Below, one piece after another: positions 1-9,414 of a stretch of 32,000 nt of DNA. Position numbers and translations under genes: made by a program. Within the stretch, counting starts at the first letter, position 1. Each line of letters begins with the position of its first letter. The notes below the pieces were generated by a model that worked only from the letters and a program-made list of their open reading frames with translations, did no database searches and was not told the origin of the DNA. The stretch covers positions 12,149-44,148 of the IMG/VR virus record IMGVR_UViG_3300045988_037317; one strand, 5' to 3'. The DNA is from a virus.

Positions 1-1
1 A

Positions 2-268
2 AAAGTATCTAATACCGAATATCTAATCGGAGTAGATGCAGACAAACTAGAAAAAGATTCTAGAAACCCTTCTCACGTTGATTACTCCCCAATGGTACAG
101 AATGGAACGAAACGAGTTTATACGTTAGTGCGTAAAAACGGAAGGCCATTCGTTTGGGTAGATGAAATGGGAAAGAAACACTTTGCACACAAAATTAAGA
201 TGCCACCTAGAAAGGCAAATGATTTTGTTGCTAGAGCGGTATCTAGATTTGATGCAAAAGTTAAATAA
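2..268 (+). CDS. 5'-truncated head-tail joining / tail-completion protein (HK97 gp10-like, tentative)
   Basis: The frame is open from the window edge to TAA 266-268. Translation ends ...KNGRPFVWVDEMGKKHFAHKIKMPPRKANDFVARAVSRFDAKVK. It lies directly upstream of the tail genes. The family resemblance is from memory only. Confidence 0.4.
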   Translation, partial: KVSNTEYLIGVDADKLEKDSRNPSHVDYSPMVQNGTKRVYTLVRKNGRPFVWVDEMGKKHFAHKIKMPPRKANDFVARAVSRFDAKVK

Positions 269-280
269 AGGAGATTAAAA

Positions 281-442
281 ATGGAAGAAAAAGTTTCAAA
301 AGCTAAAAAGACTCCTGAACAGAAAGTAGATGTTCAAGCATTTGTTTCACGCAAACTAAACGCTTTAAATCAATTAGGCGGTGCTAAAGCAGAGCGTGCT
401 ATGGAGCGTGTACTAAAAGCTACAATGGGAGGGCAAAAATAA
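281..442 (+). CDS. Small hypothetical phage protein (53 aa)
   Basis: ATG 281 is preceded by aaaggag with a 6-nt spacer. Its TAA overlaps the next ATG (TAATG at 440-444). It is below the 60-aa track cutoff. Translation: MEEKVSKAKKTPEQKVDVQAFVSRKLNALNQLGGAKAERAMERVLKATMGGQK. Confidence 0.45.
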   Translation: MEEKVSKAKKTPEQKVDVQAFVSRKLNALNQLGGAKAERAMERVLKATMGGQK

Positions 443-1848
443 TGTCTAACTGCAACATTAACAAAATTATTAGTGACAAATTAAGCGTCTCTAAATTAAC
501 TAAAACTCAAGAAATTGATATTACTATCATGAGTGATATTGATTCTTGTTTAAAAATCAATACTCGTAAATTTGAAAAGATTACAGGTACTGCTAGTGCT
601 TATACATCACGTACTATTGCACCTGATTTAATCAACGTTTGCGAATCATTTGGATGTAAGAATACAGGTACATTGTTCATTACTTCTAAAGAAACAGATG
701 CAAAAGCTGGAGAAGGGAACAAAGTACACACAAGTGGTGCGGTATTTAAAGCGTTGAAAAATGCATTAGACTTTGCGGCAGGTGTTGTTTACTACTACGT
801 GAATGTTCCTCAAGCTGGTACTTACACAATCACAACAAAGATTTCAGATGTTTTAGATCATGAAATGACAAATGCAGATGAGTATACAAGCACTTTAAAA
901 GCAGATAAAGAAGGATTCTACCCTGTACAGATTGACTTATCAACAGTTCCTACAAATGTAGTAGGAGAAGGATGGGAAGCAAGTACATCAGGAGTCCGTT
1001 TAAGCATTGAAGTAGCATTAACAGATAAATCATCAGATAGTATCTTGATTGGTCTTTCTTCAATCTCTTTCTTTGAAGAATTTGCAGACTTAGATTCTAA
1101 CAACGATATTAAAGTAAGCTGCTTATCAGGATTTGATGGTGACGATACTGTAGACCCTGTAGATACAAGTTGCTTTGATGATTCTTATGATGATGATTCT
1201 GCTTCTATTGAGCGTTCATTTACAGGCACTCAATTAACATCAAACTACTTAACTATGAACCCATTTATCGGCAAGGGAGATAAGTCTCAAGGCTTTATGA
1301 TGCGTACTCAGGAAGTGGTTATTGAAGCAGATAAAGAACATTCTGAATATGGTTCAATCCATATTGCAGACCACTTTGTTGAAGAATGTGGATTTATCTA
1401 TGCAGCATTGAGTGACCAATGCAATATCACAGATTCTACATTGAACCGAATTAACACTCCATTGTTGGCTAATTTAGATGAGTCTCAATACCAAGTATTG
1501 AACAGTAAAATCAATCCAAGCTTAGATATTGAGGGTTCAAAAATTTACTTCAACAAAAATTTAGTAGGTAAAACATTAAAGATTTCTTATCCAATGACTG
1601 TTGATGTATTGCAACACTATGTAGCAAACAACGATAGCTTAAAGAATAAGAGAGCAAAAGTTACAATCACTCGTTATAGAAGTGATGGAACTGCGGAAGT
1701 ATTTACTTACCACAATGCAAAAATCACTTCATTCCCAATGGGTATCCCTGATGATGGAGCGTTTGAATTTAGTTTAGCGTTCAAGAAAGATACTCGTGGA
1801 AACTGGTATGAAGTTTATGTAGTAAACAAAGCTAACGCTAATTTATAG
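442..1848 (+). CDS. Putative major tail protein (assigned by position)
   Basis: 468-aa ORF translationally coupled to the upstream ORF. It sits immediately before the chaperone pair and tape measure, which is the canonical major-tail-protein slot. No family motif was recognised by eye. Confidence 0.5.
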   Translation: MSNCNINKIISDKLSVSKLTKTQEIDITIMSDIDSCLKINTRKFEKITGTASAYTSRTIAPDLINVCESFGCKNTGTLFITSKETDAKAGEGNKVHTSGAVFKALKNALDFAAGVVYYYVNVPQAGTYTITTKISDVLDHEMTNADEYTSTLKADKEGFYPVQIDLSTVPTNVVGEGWEASTSGVRLSIEVALTDKSSDSILIGLSSISFFEEFADLDSNNDIKVSCLSGFDGDDTVDPVDTSCFDDSYDDDSASIERSFTGTQLTSNYLTMNPFIGKGDKSQGFMMRTQEVVIEADKEHSEYGSIHIADHFVEECGFIYAALSDQCNITDSTLNRINTPLLANLDESQYQVLNSKINPSLDIEGSKIYFNKNLVGKTLKISYPMTVDVLQHYVANNDSLKNKRAKVTITRYRSDGTAEVFTYHNAKITSFPMGIPDDGAFEFSLAFKKDTRGNWYEVYVVNKANANL

Positions 1849-1867
1849 AAATTGAGAGGCAAATGAG

Positions 1868-2578
1868 ATGGAAGAACAAAAGATTTTAGAACCAACACAG
1901 TTAAATGCCATGATTGAAAAGTTAAAAGTAGCTCGTGAGGATGATACTCCTCACGCAGTCTATGGCAATGGTGGTGAAATTGCAGTTGTTGGTGATGCAA
2001 ATAAGACAGATGTTAAAACAATTGATATTGAAGTGAGTTTTAGATTCACTGAAAAAGAAATCGAAGAACATAAAATTGATGTTCCTGAGAATGCTAAAAG
2101 GGTAGGGCAATATGTTATGTTCGATAAGAAGTTTGAAAATCTAACATTATCTCCTAGACAAGATATGAAGATGGTAGAAGCTTTAATCGAAGTAAAACCA
2201 TTGCTATTGGATGCAGAACAAATCCTAGACCCATATAAAGAAAAATTCCAAGAAATCGAGGAATACTATGGTCACAAATTCATTGAAGGAAAAGATGGAA
2301 TCGTTACAACAGACACAGATGATGAAGAAGTGAGCAAAACTATGGTTCAGATTTATGAAGCGTATATGAATGAAGCAAACGAACAGATTTTCCATTTATA
2401 CGCTCAATCCTCTACAAATTTAGTTGATGGACTTTATAAAGTTGTTGCAATTTTCTTAGGATTAGATGAATTTTATGAAGATCACATGATGCAATATTCA
2501 GTTTTAACTTGCATGATTAGCCTAATTATCAAATATCCTGAATTATTTAATGAGGTAGAAACAGTTTTTATCAAATAA
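1868..2578 (+). CDS. Tail assembly chaperone (gpG-like)
   Basis: Acidic 236-aa ORF with RBS gagagg 8 nt upstream. It lies directly upstream of the tape measure, and its 3' end overlaps an open -1 frame. Confidence 0.6.
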   Translation: MEEQKILEPTQLNAMIEKLKVAREDDTPHAVYGNGGEIAVVGDANKTDVKTIDIEVSFRFTEKEIEEHKIDVPENAKRVGQYVMFDKKFENLTLSPRQDMKMVEALIEVKPLLLDAEQILDPYKEKFQEIEEYYGHKFIEGKDGIVTTDTDDEEVSKTMVQIYEAYMNEANEQIFHLYAQSSTNLVDGLYKVVAIFLGLDEFYEDHMMQYSVLTCMISLIIKYPELFNEVETVFIK

Positions 2579-2898
2579 TTGATAAGGGGGATGATAAAAA
2601 GGATTCAGTAAAAAAAGCAAAGTCTTATGTTGCAGAACTAAATCTTTATTCAACCATGGCTCATTATGTCGGTAAAATTCTAAAAATACGCCCCAATGAG
2701 ATATTAGACCATTGGGGTGTTTCTGAATTAGTTGTAGCCTTTGGGTACTACGCAAATCTACAAAGCGATAAAACATGGAATGAAATTAACGAGGCAAATA
2801 AAAATTCTAAAAAGAAAATACCTCAGATTGACAGATATGCGGTTCATTTCATGCAGAAAACAGATTTAGCGAAGGAGTCCGAAGATGTCAGTACGTGA
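2554..2898 (+). CDS. Tail assembly chaperone frameshift extension (gpT-like part of a G-T fusion)
   Basis: The -1 frame is open from 2554 to TGA 2896-2898. The first ATG (2656) has no Shine-Dalgarno sequence. The 3' end overlaps the tape-measure start at 2885. Confidence 0.5.
   Translation, partial: GRNSFYQIIDKGDDKKDSVKKAKSYVAELNLYSTMAHYVGKILKIRPNEILDHWGVSELVVAFGYYANLQSDKTWNEINEANKNSKKKIPQIDRYAVHFMQKTDLAKESEDVST
2564..2570 (+). promoter_or_regulatory. Candidate -1 programmed ribosomal frameshift site (G UUU UUA)
   Basis: A run of five T in gtt-ttt-atc sits 6 nt before the zero-frame stop. tRNA-Phe can re-pair UUU to UUU after a -1 slip, and the -1 frame is open through to 2898. Confidence 0.45.
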
Positions 2899-5800
2899 AG
2901 TCGGTGCTAGGTTAGTCCTTGACATTAAGGATGCCGAAGCAAAGATAAAACAACTTGAAAAAGAGTTAAAAGATATTGAAAAGGCAAAGCTTAAATTTGA
3001 TGCTAGCACTAATGAATTAGAAAAAATTAAGGCAAGATTAGAAGAAATCAAAAAAGAAAAGGAAGCTTTGGAAAGACAAAAACTTTCTTTAAAAGTTGAT
3101 TTGGATAATCTAGCTAATTTCAAGAATCAATTATTGGATATTAAAGATGATATTAGTGAGCTTAAAAAAGAGTTATTAGCCTTGAACAATAAAAAGCTTT
3201 CTATTGATATTGATTTAAAAGCAAATGCCAATGAAATTCATGATGTCATTAATGACATTACACTAGGTGAAAACGATAAAAGCGACAAGCTTAAAGACCT
3301 ATACAGTGCACGTGAAGCTCTCAAATATGATATGCGAGAGGTTGGCATTGAAATTGATGAAGTACAAAAGAAAATTAACAATCTTAACAAAGAGAAGATA
3401 AAGATTGAAGCTAACATCAGTGAATTAAATGATGCTCAAAAATTGGTTGATGAGATTGATGATTCAATCGCAGATTTAGATAAAGAAAAAATAAAATTAG
3501 AAGCTGATTCTTCTAAGTTAGAAGATACAAATAAAAAGCTAGATGAAACAATCGAAAAAGAGAATGATGTAAGAAACACAAAAGCTGATATTGAGTCACA
3601 AGTTATCGGCTATCAAGATAGTTTGAATAAACTAAACAATCTTCAACAAGCTGCTAAAGCTTTGAAAGCTGCTAGTAAGGTTACATTTGATGTCGGAAAT
3701 AAAATGTCAAATCTAGGCTCTAGTATGTTGAACATTGCCAAGAATTTCCAAAACAATCCAATAGGAGATATTGGACGATTCTTAGTACAAGGTGTTGGAT
3801 ATCCTAGTTTGTATAGATTGGTTTCAGGTGCACAAAACGCAATGGGCGAAGCATTTTCAAACGGTGTTAAAAGATACGATACAATCAAAGTTGCGAAAAG
3901 AACATTGTCCACTGTAGTAGGTGATGTAGACGATTCTACAACGAAAATCCAAAAGATGATTGATAACCTAGATGAAAGCATTTTGGGCCTACCAACCACT
4001 TTAGATGACGCTCTAAGCCATGTTACGAGATTTACTTCAATCAATCATGATTTAGATAGGTCTCAAAAGCTATTCTCGGCAATTAATGATTCCATTTTGA
4101 CATTCGGTGGTGATTCTGAGGGGGTAAACAATGCGGTTACTCAGTATTCTCAAATCATGGGTTCTAAAATGGATGCTCGTACATTGAGATCAATGGAAGA
4201 TGCAGGTATGACACCAGCCTTAACTGCTATTGCAAAGAAATTTAATATGTCATTTGCAGAGTTTAGAGAAGCATTTACAGGTTCAAATCCAACTATTTCA
4301 TTACAACAATTTGAAGATGCTCTGATTGAATTGGATGAAAAAGGTGGTGGTGGCCTAAATTCGTTGGCAACTATGGTTAAATCATCTGTAGCCACAATCT
4401 CAAACGGTCTTGACTTAATCCCTAAGAGATTTAGTAAAGCCGAAGAAAAGTGGTTAGGTGCATTAGATGAGGTTTCAACGGAATTAACAGGAGCTACAAT
4501 TTACGGAAATATCTATAAACTTTCTCAAAAAGTTGAAGGCTTAGGAGATATAGGAGCAAACTTCATTAGAAGCCATAAAAAAGAAATTGGCGAAGGCATA
4601 GACTTCATTAAAACGAAGTTCTCTGAATTATTGAGCGTTTTAAAAACGTTTAGTTTCAAAGATTTTGTTGGTGGATTTAAACAAGGATTAGATGATTTCA
4701 AAGGAGCAATTGATTTCTTCAAGCCTCTTGTTAGCGGTCTATATAATTTTGCAAAAGATAAAATCACCGAAATGGGAGACGGAAGCTTTTCTAAAGGATT
4801 AGGACGTTTCGTATCAGACTACATCCAAATTGGTATTGGATTAAAGTATGCTGGTAAGTTAATGAAACTTGGAAGCGGTGGAATTAGCCTTTTAGGAGAT
4901 TTAGTAAACATTTCTTCAAAATTCAAAGGAAAAAGTTTCAATATTCCATTCCTAGGAAAATTAGGAAGTAAATTTAGTTCTATTAAAGATGCATTCAAGA
5001 GTTCAGATGAGATTACTACTGCGGCAGGCACACCAAAAACTTTTGATGTAGAAGGATTTAAAAATAAATTATCTTCATTAGCTATCATAGCTGGTGGGGC
5101 AGGAACAATTATTCTTTATTGCAAAGCGATAAAGGAAATTGAAAAGAATGTTCCAAATGACATTACAACATTGCCTATGCGATTAACAAATTTGTTCTCT
5201 GTAATGGGATTGATGATGGGAGCTAACACACTTAATACAGCAGTTTCAAAAGCATTAGAGATGAACAATGCATTAACAGGATTAGCAATGATGATTGGTC
5301 AAGGCGGAGCTTTATGGCTATTTGCAAAAGCTATGCAAGAGCTAGATAAGACTATGCCTGATGGATTTGACACATTTAATGATAAGTTATTAGGCTTATT
5401 TGAGTGCATTGGCTCTATGACACTTATTACAGGTATTCAAGGTGGTGCCGGTGTCCTAACGGGTGGAATCACTACATTGGCCCAAGTGCTAGGAATGGTA
5501 ACAACAACAGGACTAGCTGGTACGTTGATTGCTTGTGCTAAGGCTATGCAAGAAGTCGATAAGAATGTTCCTTCAAACACAAAAGGATTGAAAAAGAAAA
5601 TCCAAGGAATTATGGATGTCATAGATATGTTTGAAGGTGGAGGAACATATTCTTCTTGGTGGAGTCAAGTTATTAAAAGTTCTGAGTCTTTATGGAAAAA
5701 TATGGAGACTTGGAATATTACTAGGATTCTAAAGAAACTTGTTACTATTGGAGAATCAATTTCAAAAGTGCAAGGAATGAGTATTGATAGCAGTTCTTTC

Positions 5801-7468
5801 AACGATCAATTCAAAGATATTCAAGATGTAATCAAGAATATTAATGATTTTGAGTTTCCTACAGTTAGTACTTCAAGTGCAACAAACATTGCGGATGCAA
5901 ACAGTATTGTTAAGAACTATACAACAATGGCTTCTAGCCTTTCTAAGATGTCTAGTATCAATGGAAGTTCAATTAACGTTGAGAATTGTACAAGCATTTT
6001 AAAGAATGTCGCTAGTGTTGTTAGTGAAATGAAAAAAATTGTATTCCCTGATGTTACAAAGAGTATTAAATCTAATTTAAACTCTACAAATGCTCAAGAG
6101 TTCCTAGATACATTGAAGATTTTGGAACAGATTGTTCCTGAATTTGGAAACTTGCAAGCAACAATCACAAACAATCCTTTACCAAATGCAGAGGATATTA
6201 AAAAGACAATCTCTAGTATTTCTCAAGCAATTGGATACATTTCTGTTGCTGGTGTTGGAACAGGAAAAGACAAGAATATGTTGTCTTATAACTTAAGACA
6301 AATGCCTGATTCTAAGCTATTTAACAACGCACTAAAGGCGATTACAACTTTAGGTGATATAATCCTCAAGTTTGGAACTTTGAACGTGTATTCAACTGAT
6401 TTCGACTTTGAAACACTGAGAGCCAATATTAAGAGTATTGGAAATGCAGTGAATGAAATGGCAACCAATAAAGGCTTAACAGAAAATCTAGAGAATATGG
6501 ACACAGTTAATAAAACTGTTTCTAAGTTGAAAAAAACGTGTGAAAGCTTAAATTCTATCGTTGGATTAAATCTAGATTTTGTTAAGGTTGGAGAAGTTAC
6601 AACAGGTATTCAGACATTCCTAAACAATGTTAAAGGATTGAAAGTTGGAGAAGCTACTACAGATGTTGTTACAGAAGTAAACTCAATCGTTACTTCATTC
6701 CACAATATGGCAACAACTTTATCAAACATGAAGTCTGAATTTAATACCTCTGGTACAGATATGGCCAATGGAATTATTGAAGGTTTCAAAAGTATTGATA
6801 TTGAAGGTTCATTTGGAACTAAGATTGATAATGCTAAAGCTTCATTGAAGAAGAAAAGCTTCAAATCCGTAGGTAAGAAGTTTGGAAAAGATGTTGTGAG
6901 TGGATTCAGTGAAGGTATCTCTAATATGTCTAGTTCAATCTCTAATCAGATTACTATGATGTATGGATATTCAACACGATTCACAGATTTAGGACAATAC
7001 TTAGGAAGTGCATTTAAAAATGCGTTCAACAATCAATCAGGAAGCATTAATACAGGCGGTACAACCACTCCTACAGTAAACAGAGGTAACGAATCAATAG
7101 GAAACAATATGAAGTTTGCTAAAGGTGGCCCAGTTTACTTAAAACGAGGCGGACAACCTGTCGTTATGAAGCCTAGTGGAACAGATACAGTACCAGCTAT
7201 GTTGACTCCTGGTGAGTATGTAATGAAACGTAGTGCAGTTAAGAACGCAGGTCAAAGCTTCATGGATAAAGTAAATAACATGGATTTGAAAGGTGCGTTT
7301 AGAGAGTTGTCTACTAGATATGGTTCTCAAGTTGGAAGTGTTGTTAACAAGAATGTGACTATCAATAATAACGATAATCGTGTTACGAATAACAGTATCG
7401 CTTTCAACGAAGGAAACGAAAGAAGGCAGGCTATCAAAGTAGGTAGATGCTTGAGAGGTTTGGCATAA
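2885..7468 (+). CDS. Tail tape measure protein
   Basis: 1527 aa. The N-terminus is an extended coiled coil (LEKELKDIEKAKLK...). The central region is Gly/Ala-rich and hydrophobic with three AKAMQE-DK-VP repeats. The C-terminal motif TDTVPAMLTPGEYVMKRSAV is typical of Gram-positive phage tape measures. RBS aaggag. Confidence 0.92.
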   Translation: MSVREVGARLVLDIKDAEAKIKQLEKELKDIEKAKLKFDASTNELEKIKARLEEIKKEKEALERQKLSLKVDLDNLANFKNQLLDIKDDISELKKELLALNNKKLSIDIDLKANANEIHDVINDITLGENDKSDKLKDLYSAREALKYDMREVGIEIDEVQKKINNLNKEKIKIEANISELNDAQKLVDEIDDSIADLDKEKIKLEADSSKLEDTNKKLDETIEKENDVRNTKADIESQVIGYQDSLNKLNNLQQAAKALKAASKVTFDVGNKMSNLGSSMLNIAKNFQNNPIGDIGRFLVQGVGYPSLYRLVSGAQNAMGEAFSNGVKRYDTIKVAKRTLSTVVGDVDDSTTKIQKMIDNLDESILGLPTTLDDALSHVTRFTSINHDLDRSQKLFSAINDSILTFGGDSEGVNNAVTQYSQIMGSKMDARTLRSMEDAGMTPALTAIAKKFNMSFAEFREAFTGSNPTISLQQFEDALIELDEKGGGGLNSLATMVKSSVATISNGLDLIPKRFSKAEEKWLGALDEVSTELTGATIYGNIYKLSQKVEGLGDIGANFIRSHKKEIGEGIDFIKTKFSELLSVLKTFSFKDFVGGFKQGLDDFKGAIDFFKPLVSGLYNFAKDKITEMGDGSFSKGLGRFVSDYIQIGIGLKYAGKLMKLGSGGISLLGDLVNISSKFKGKSFNIPFLGKLGSKFSSIKDAFKSSDEITTAAGTPKTFDVEGFKNKLSSLAIIAGGAGTIILYCKAIKEIEKNVPNDITTLPMRLTNLFSVMGLMMGANTLNTAVSKALEMNNALTGLAMMIGQGGALWLFAKAMQELDKTMPDGFDTFNDKLLGLFECIGSMTLITGIQGGAGVLTGGITTLAQVLGMVTTTGLAGTLIACAKAMQEVDKNVPSNTKGLKKKIQGIMDVIDMFEGGGTYSSWWSQVIKSSESLWKNMETWNITRILKKLVTIGESISKVQGMSIDSSSFNDQFKDIQDVIKNINDFEFPTVSTSSATNIADANSIVKNYTTMASSLSKMSSINGSSINVENCTSILKNVASVVSEMKKIVFPDVTKSIKSNLNSTNAQEFLDTLKILEQIVPEFGNLQATITNNPLPNAEDIKKTISSISQAIGYISVAGVGTGKDKNMLSYNLRQMPDSKLFNNALKAITTLGDIILKFGTLNVYSTDFDFETLRANIKSIGNAVNEMATNKGLTENLENMDTVNKTVSKLKKTCESLNSIVGLNLDFVKVGEVTTGIQTFLNNVKGLKVGEATTDVVTEVNSIVTSFHNMATTLSNMKSEFNTSGTDMANGIIEGFKSIDIEGSFGTKIDNAKASLKKKSFKSVGKKFGKDVVSGFSEGISNMSSSISNQITMMYGYSTRFTDLGQYLGSAFKNAFNNQSGSINTGGTTTPTVNRGNESIGNNMKFAKGGPVYLKRGGQPVVMKPSGTDTVPAMLTPGEYVMKRSAVKNAGQSFMDKVNNMDLKGAFRELSTRYGSQVGSVVNKNVTINNNDNRVTNNSIAFNEGNERRQAIKVGRCLRGLA

Positions 7469-8544
7469 TGACTTGTTATAACTTAAACCCATTAAAAACA
7501 TACGTTCAGTTCAATGATCTTGTAATAGACAGTGCAGAGGAGATTTCCTCTGCCTCTCTAAAGCAAGACACAAAGACTGCAACGCAAGAATACAGTTACG
7601 GACATGGTAGTTATGTTGCTTTCCAAAAGAATCAACAGTTTCTTACGGAAGGTGATTTGTCCTTAACATTGAATTTTAATTATGAACATTTTCATGATGA
7701 AGATAGAAGATTCCTACGTGACTATTTCAATTTGAATTTGCTTAAACCTGGAAGATTATGGGCAATTCAAGATAACAAATTGATTTGGGCATGGGCCTAT
7801 GTCACAGGATTTAGTGAAGATTACAAAAAATACCAAGGTTATCTATCAATGGATATTGATTTTAAACTTTGGGAAGGTGTATGGCATATTGCAGATACAA
7901 AGAAAACATTCTTAGTTCCTTACTCTGTATGTAATATCCTTGATTGTGAGGATTTCAGAGATGCTCAAGAGTGCTTATCGTGTTGTGTTACTTGCCCCCC
8001 TGATATGGAAACTTGCAATTCGTGTTTATGCGATTGTGGAGACATTACAGAGGAAACATCTTTATGCGTAATGGGAACTAAAGCATTGGAAGATTTTATG
8101 AATTGTGGCAATTCATACAAGATTGTCTATGATTGCATCAAAGGCGAACAAATTTTCGGTGATGATTTGATTAAGAACAAAATCTGTAAAAAAGATTATT
8201 GTATTGAGTCAATTGCTGGAAGATTCTACAGTGGAACAGTATTAGATACCGATAAGGTCAAATTGATTCTAGATGGTAAATTCCAAAACCCTGAAATTGA
8301 AATCAACGGAAACAAAATGATGATTTTAGGTGAATATGATGGAATTTTAACACTTGATTCAAGTTGGAACTTATACTTTACTGCGGATGGATGTTGTGCA
8401 TCAGAGGAAGTAGATTTAGATAATCTAGTGATCGAAGATGAATTTGGGTTCACAGTACATCATGGAATGAATAGATTAGTGGTCACAGGCTCATGTTGTA
8501 AGATGGCTTGTGTATATATAGATGTTGATGAACTTACAAATTAA
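7468..8544 (+). CDS. Distal tail protein (Dit)-position protein with a cysteine-rich insertion
   Basis: First gene after the tape measure. ATG 7468 overlaps the tape-measure TAA (TAATG), and the track's in-frame upstream ATG 7447 is an alternative start. About 21 Cys, including 10 within SVCNILDCEDFRDAQECLSCCVTCPPDMETCNSCLCDCG. Confidence 0.5.
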   Translation: MTCYNLNPLKTYVQFNDLVIDSAEEISSASLKQDTKTATQEYSYGHGSYVAFQKNQQFLTEGDLSLTLNFNYEHFHDEDRRFLRDYFNLNLLKPGRLWAIQDNKLIWAWAYVTGFSEDYKKYQGYLSMDIDFKLWEGVWHIADTKKTFLVPYSVCNILDCEDFRDAQECLSCCVTCPPDMETCNSCLCDCGDITEETSLCVMGTKALEDFMNCGNSYKIVYDCIKGEQIFGDDLIKNKICKKDYCIESIAGRFYSGTVLDTDKVKLILDGKFQNPEIEINGNKMMILGEYDGILTLDSSWNLYFTADGCCASEEVDLDNLVIEDEFGFTVHHGMNRLVVTGSCCKMACVYIDVDELTN

Positions 8545-8555
8545 GGAGGCTTGCA

Positions 8556-9401
8556 GTGGCGAATGTAAAAAGTTATTGCACTGCTTGTGGAAAGTTAAAA
8601 GATAGCAGTGCAGAGTTTATCCAAAATGGTGTCACAGATTCAATCTGTACGTCTTTAGGAAACGATACAGGCTTAAATCCTGATAATGGTAATAATACGT
8701 GTACAGACATGGAAAATGCCAATGATTGTCTTACAAAAGGCTTGTATGACATCATAGATGGATTTGATTTGTGTGATTGGAAATTATTCATGAGTCAATA
8801 TGCCAACAATGATTACAACATGAAAGCAGCTATGATTTGTTGGATGTGTGGATTGCAAGACCAGTTGTATAATCTTCAACTTCAAAATTTGGCAATCGAG
8901 ACGCAATATACTATTGAACAGTCTACACCTGGATTGAGCGTTGAAATTGACAGACAAGGTAATTTCACATTCAGATATTCAGATTGGATTCACACTAGTG
9001 ATTACGAGAAAGTAGCTGACGGAGTTATTACAGGAAAAGTAGATTTCTGTATGAAGCCTAACAAAGATAAGAGTGCTACATACAAATTCAACAGTGTTAC
9101 ATTGAAACACTACTCTTATAAAATGACAGGAGTTCAAGCTGGTTCAGCTCCTACTGTTTCGATTCGTGTTCCTAATAAGAGTGGGTCGTTGGTTTATTCA
9201 AAAACAACAAACGCTTCATTTGAAGAAGATATTAACAAAACAGTGGAATTAAGCATGAGTGGAACAGTAAAAGCTGGAGAAACAACGAATTGGTTGCAGT
9301 TCCTTTCTATTTATGTTGATTGGATAGAAGATGATGAAATATCTCTACACACTCGTTTTGTAAATGATAACAAGGTAAACTTCGTTATCTGTAGAGATTA
9401 G
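8556..9401 (+). CDS. Hypothetical tail-tip/baseplate protein, Cys-motif paralog A
   Basis: GTG start 6 nt after aaggagg. The N-terminal ~95 aa are paralogous to the next ORF (C-x2-C...FIQ-GVTD-IC...NCTDM...NDCL...D-CD-K...MIC-x2-CG). Confidence 0.6.
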   Translation: MANVKSYCTACGKLKDSSAEFIQNGVTDSICTSLGNDTGLNPDNGNNTCTDMENANDCLTKGLYDIIDGFDLCDWKLFMSQYANNDYNMKAAMICWMCGLQDQLYNLQLQNLAIETQYTIEQSTPGLSVEIDRQGNFTFRYSDWIHTSDYEKVADGVITGKVDFCMKPNKDKSATYKFNSVTLKHYSYKMTGVQAGSAPTVSIRVPNKSGSLVYSKTTNASFEEDINKTVELSMSGTVKAGETTNWLQFLSIYVDWIEDDEISLHTRFVNDNKVNFVICRD

Positions 9402-9414
9402 GAGGTACACATAA

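Noticed and set aside
442-1848. The 468-aa protein considered as a myovirus tail sheath
   Set aside because: No tube-protein-sized ORF follows it. The next genes are an acidic chaperone pair with a frameshift overlap and then the tape measure, which is siphovirus-type synteny. Only a homology search can settle the assignment.
3643-7501. Numerous 60-133-aa minus-strand ORFs inside the tape measure gene (for example 3643..4044 and 7139..7501)
   Set aside because: They are antisense to a 1527-aa ORF with clear TMP features, lack RBSs and have low-complexity translations. These are typical spurious antisense frames in AT-rich DNA. The same reasoning applies to 918..1103, 1815..2110, 2543..3123, 8226..8791, 9519..9968, 10491..11269, 12128..12352, 13224..13460, 15191..15482, 18023..18244, 18866..19428, 20545..20907, 23802..24110, 26646..26831, 27418..28197, 29160..29402 and 30974..31231.
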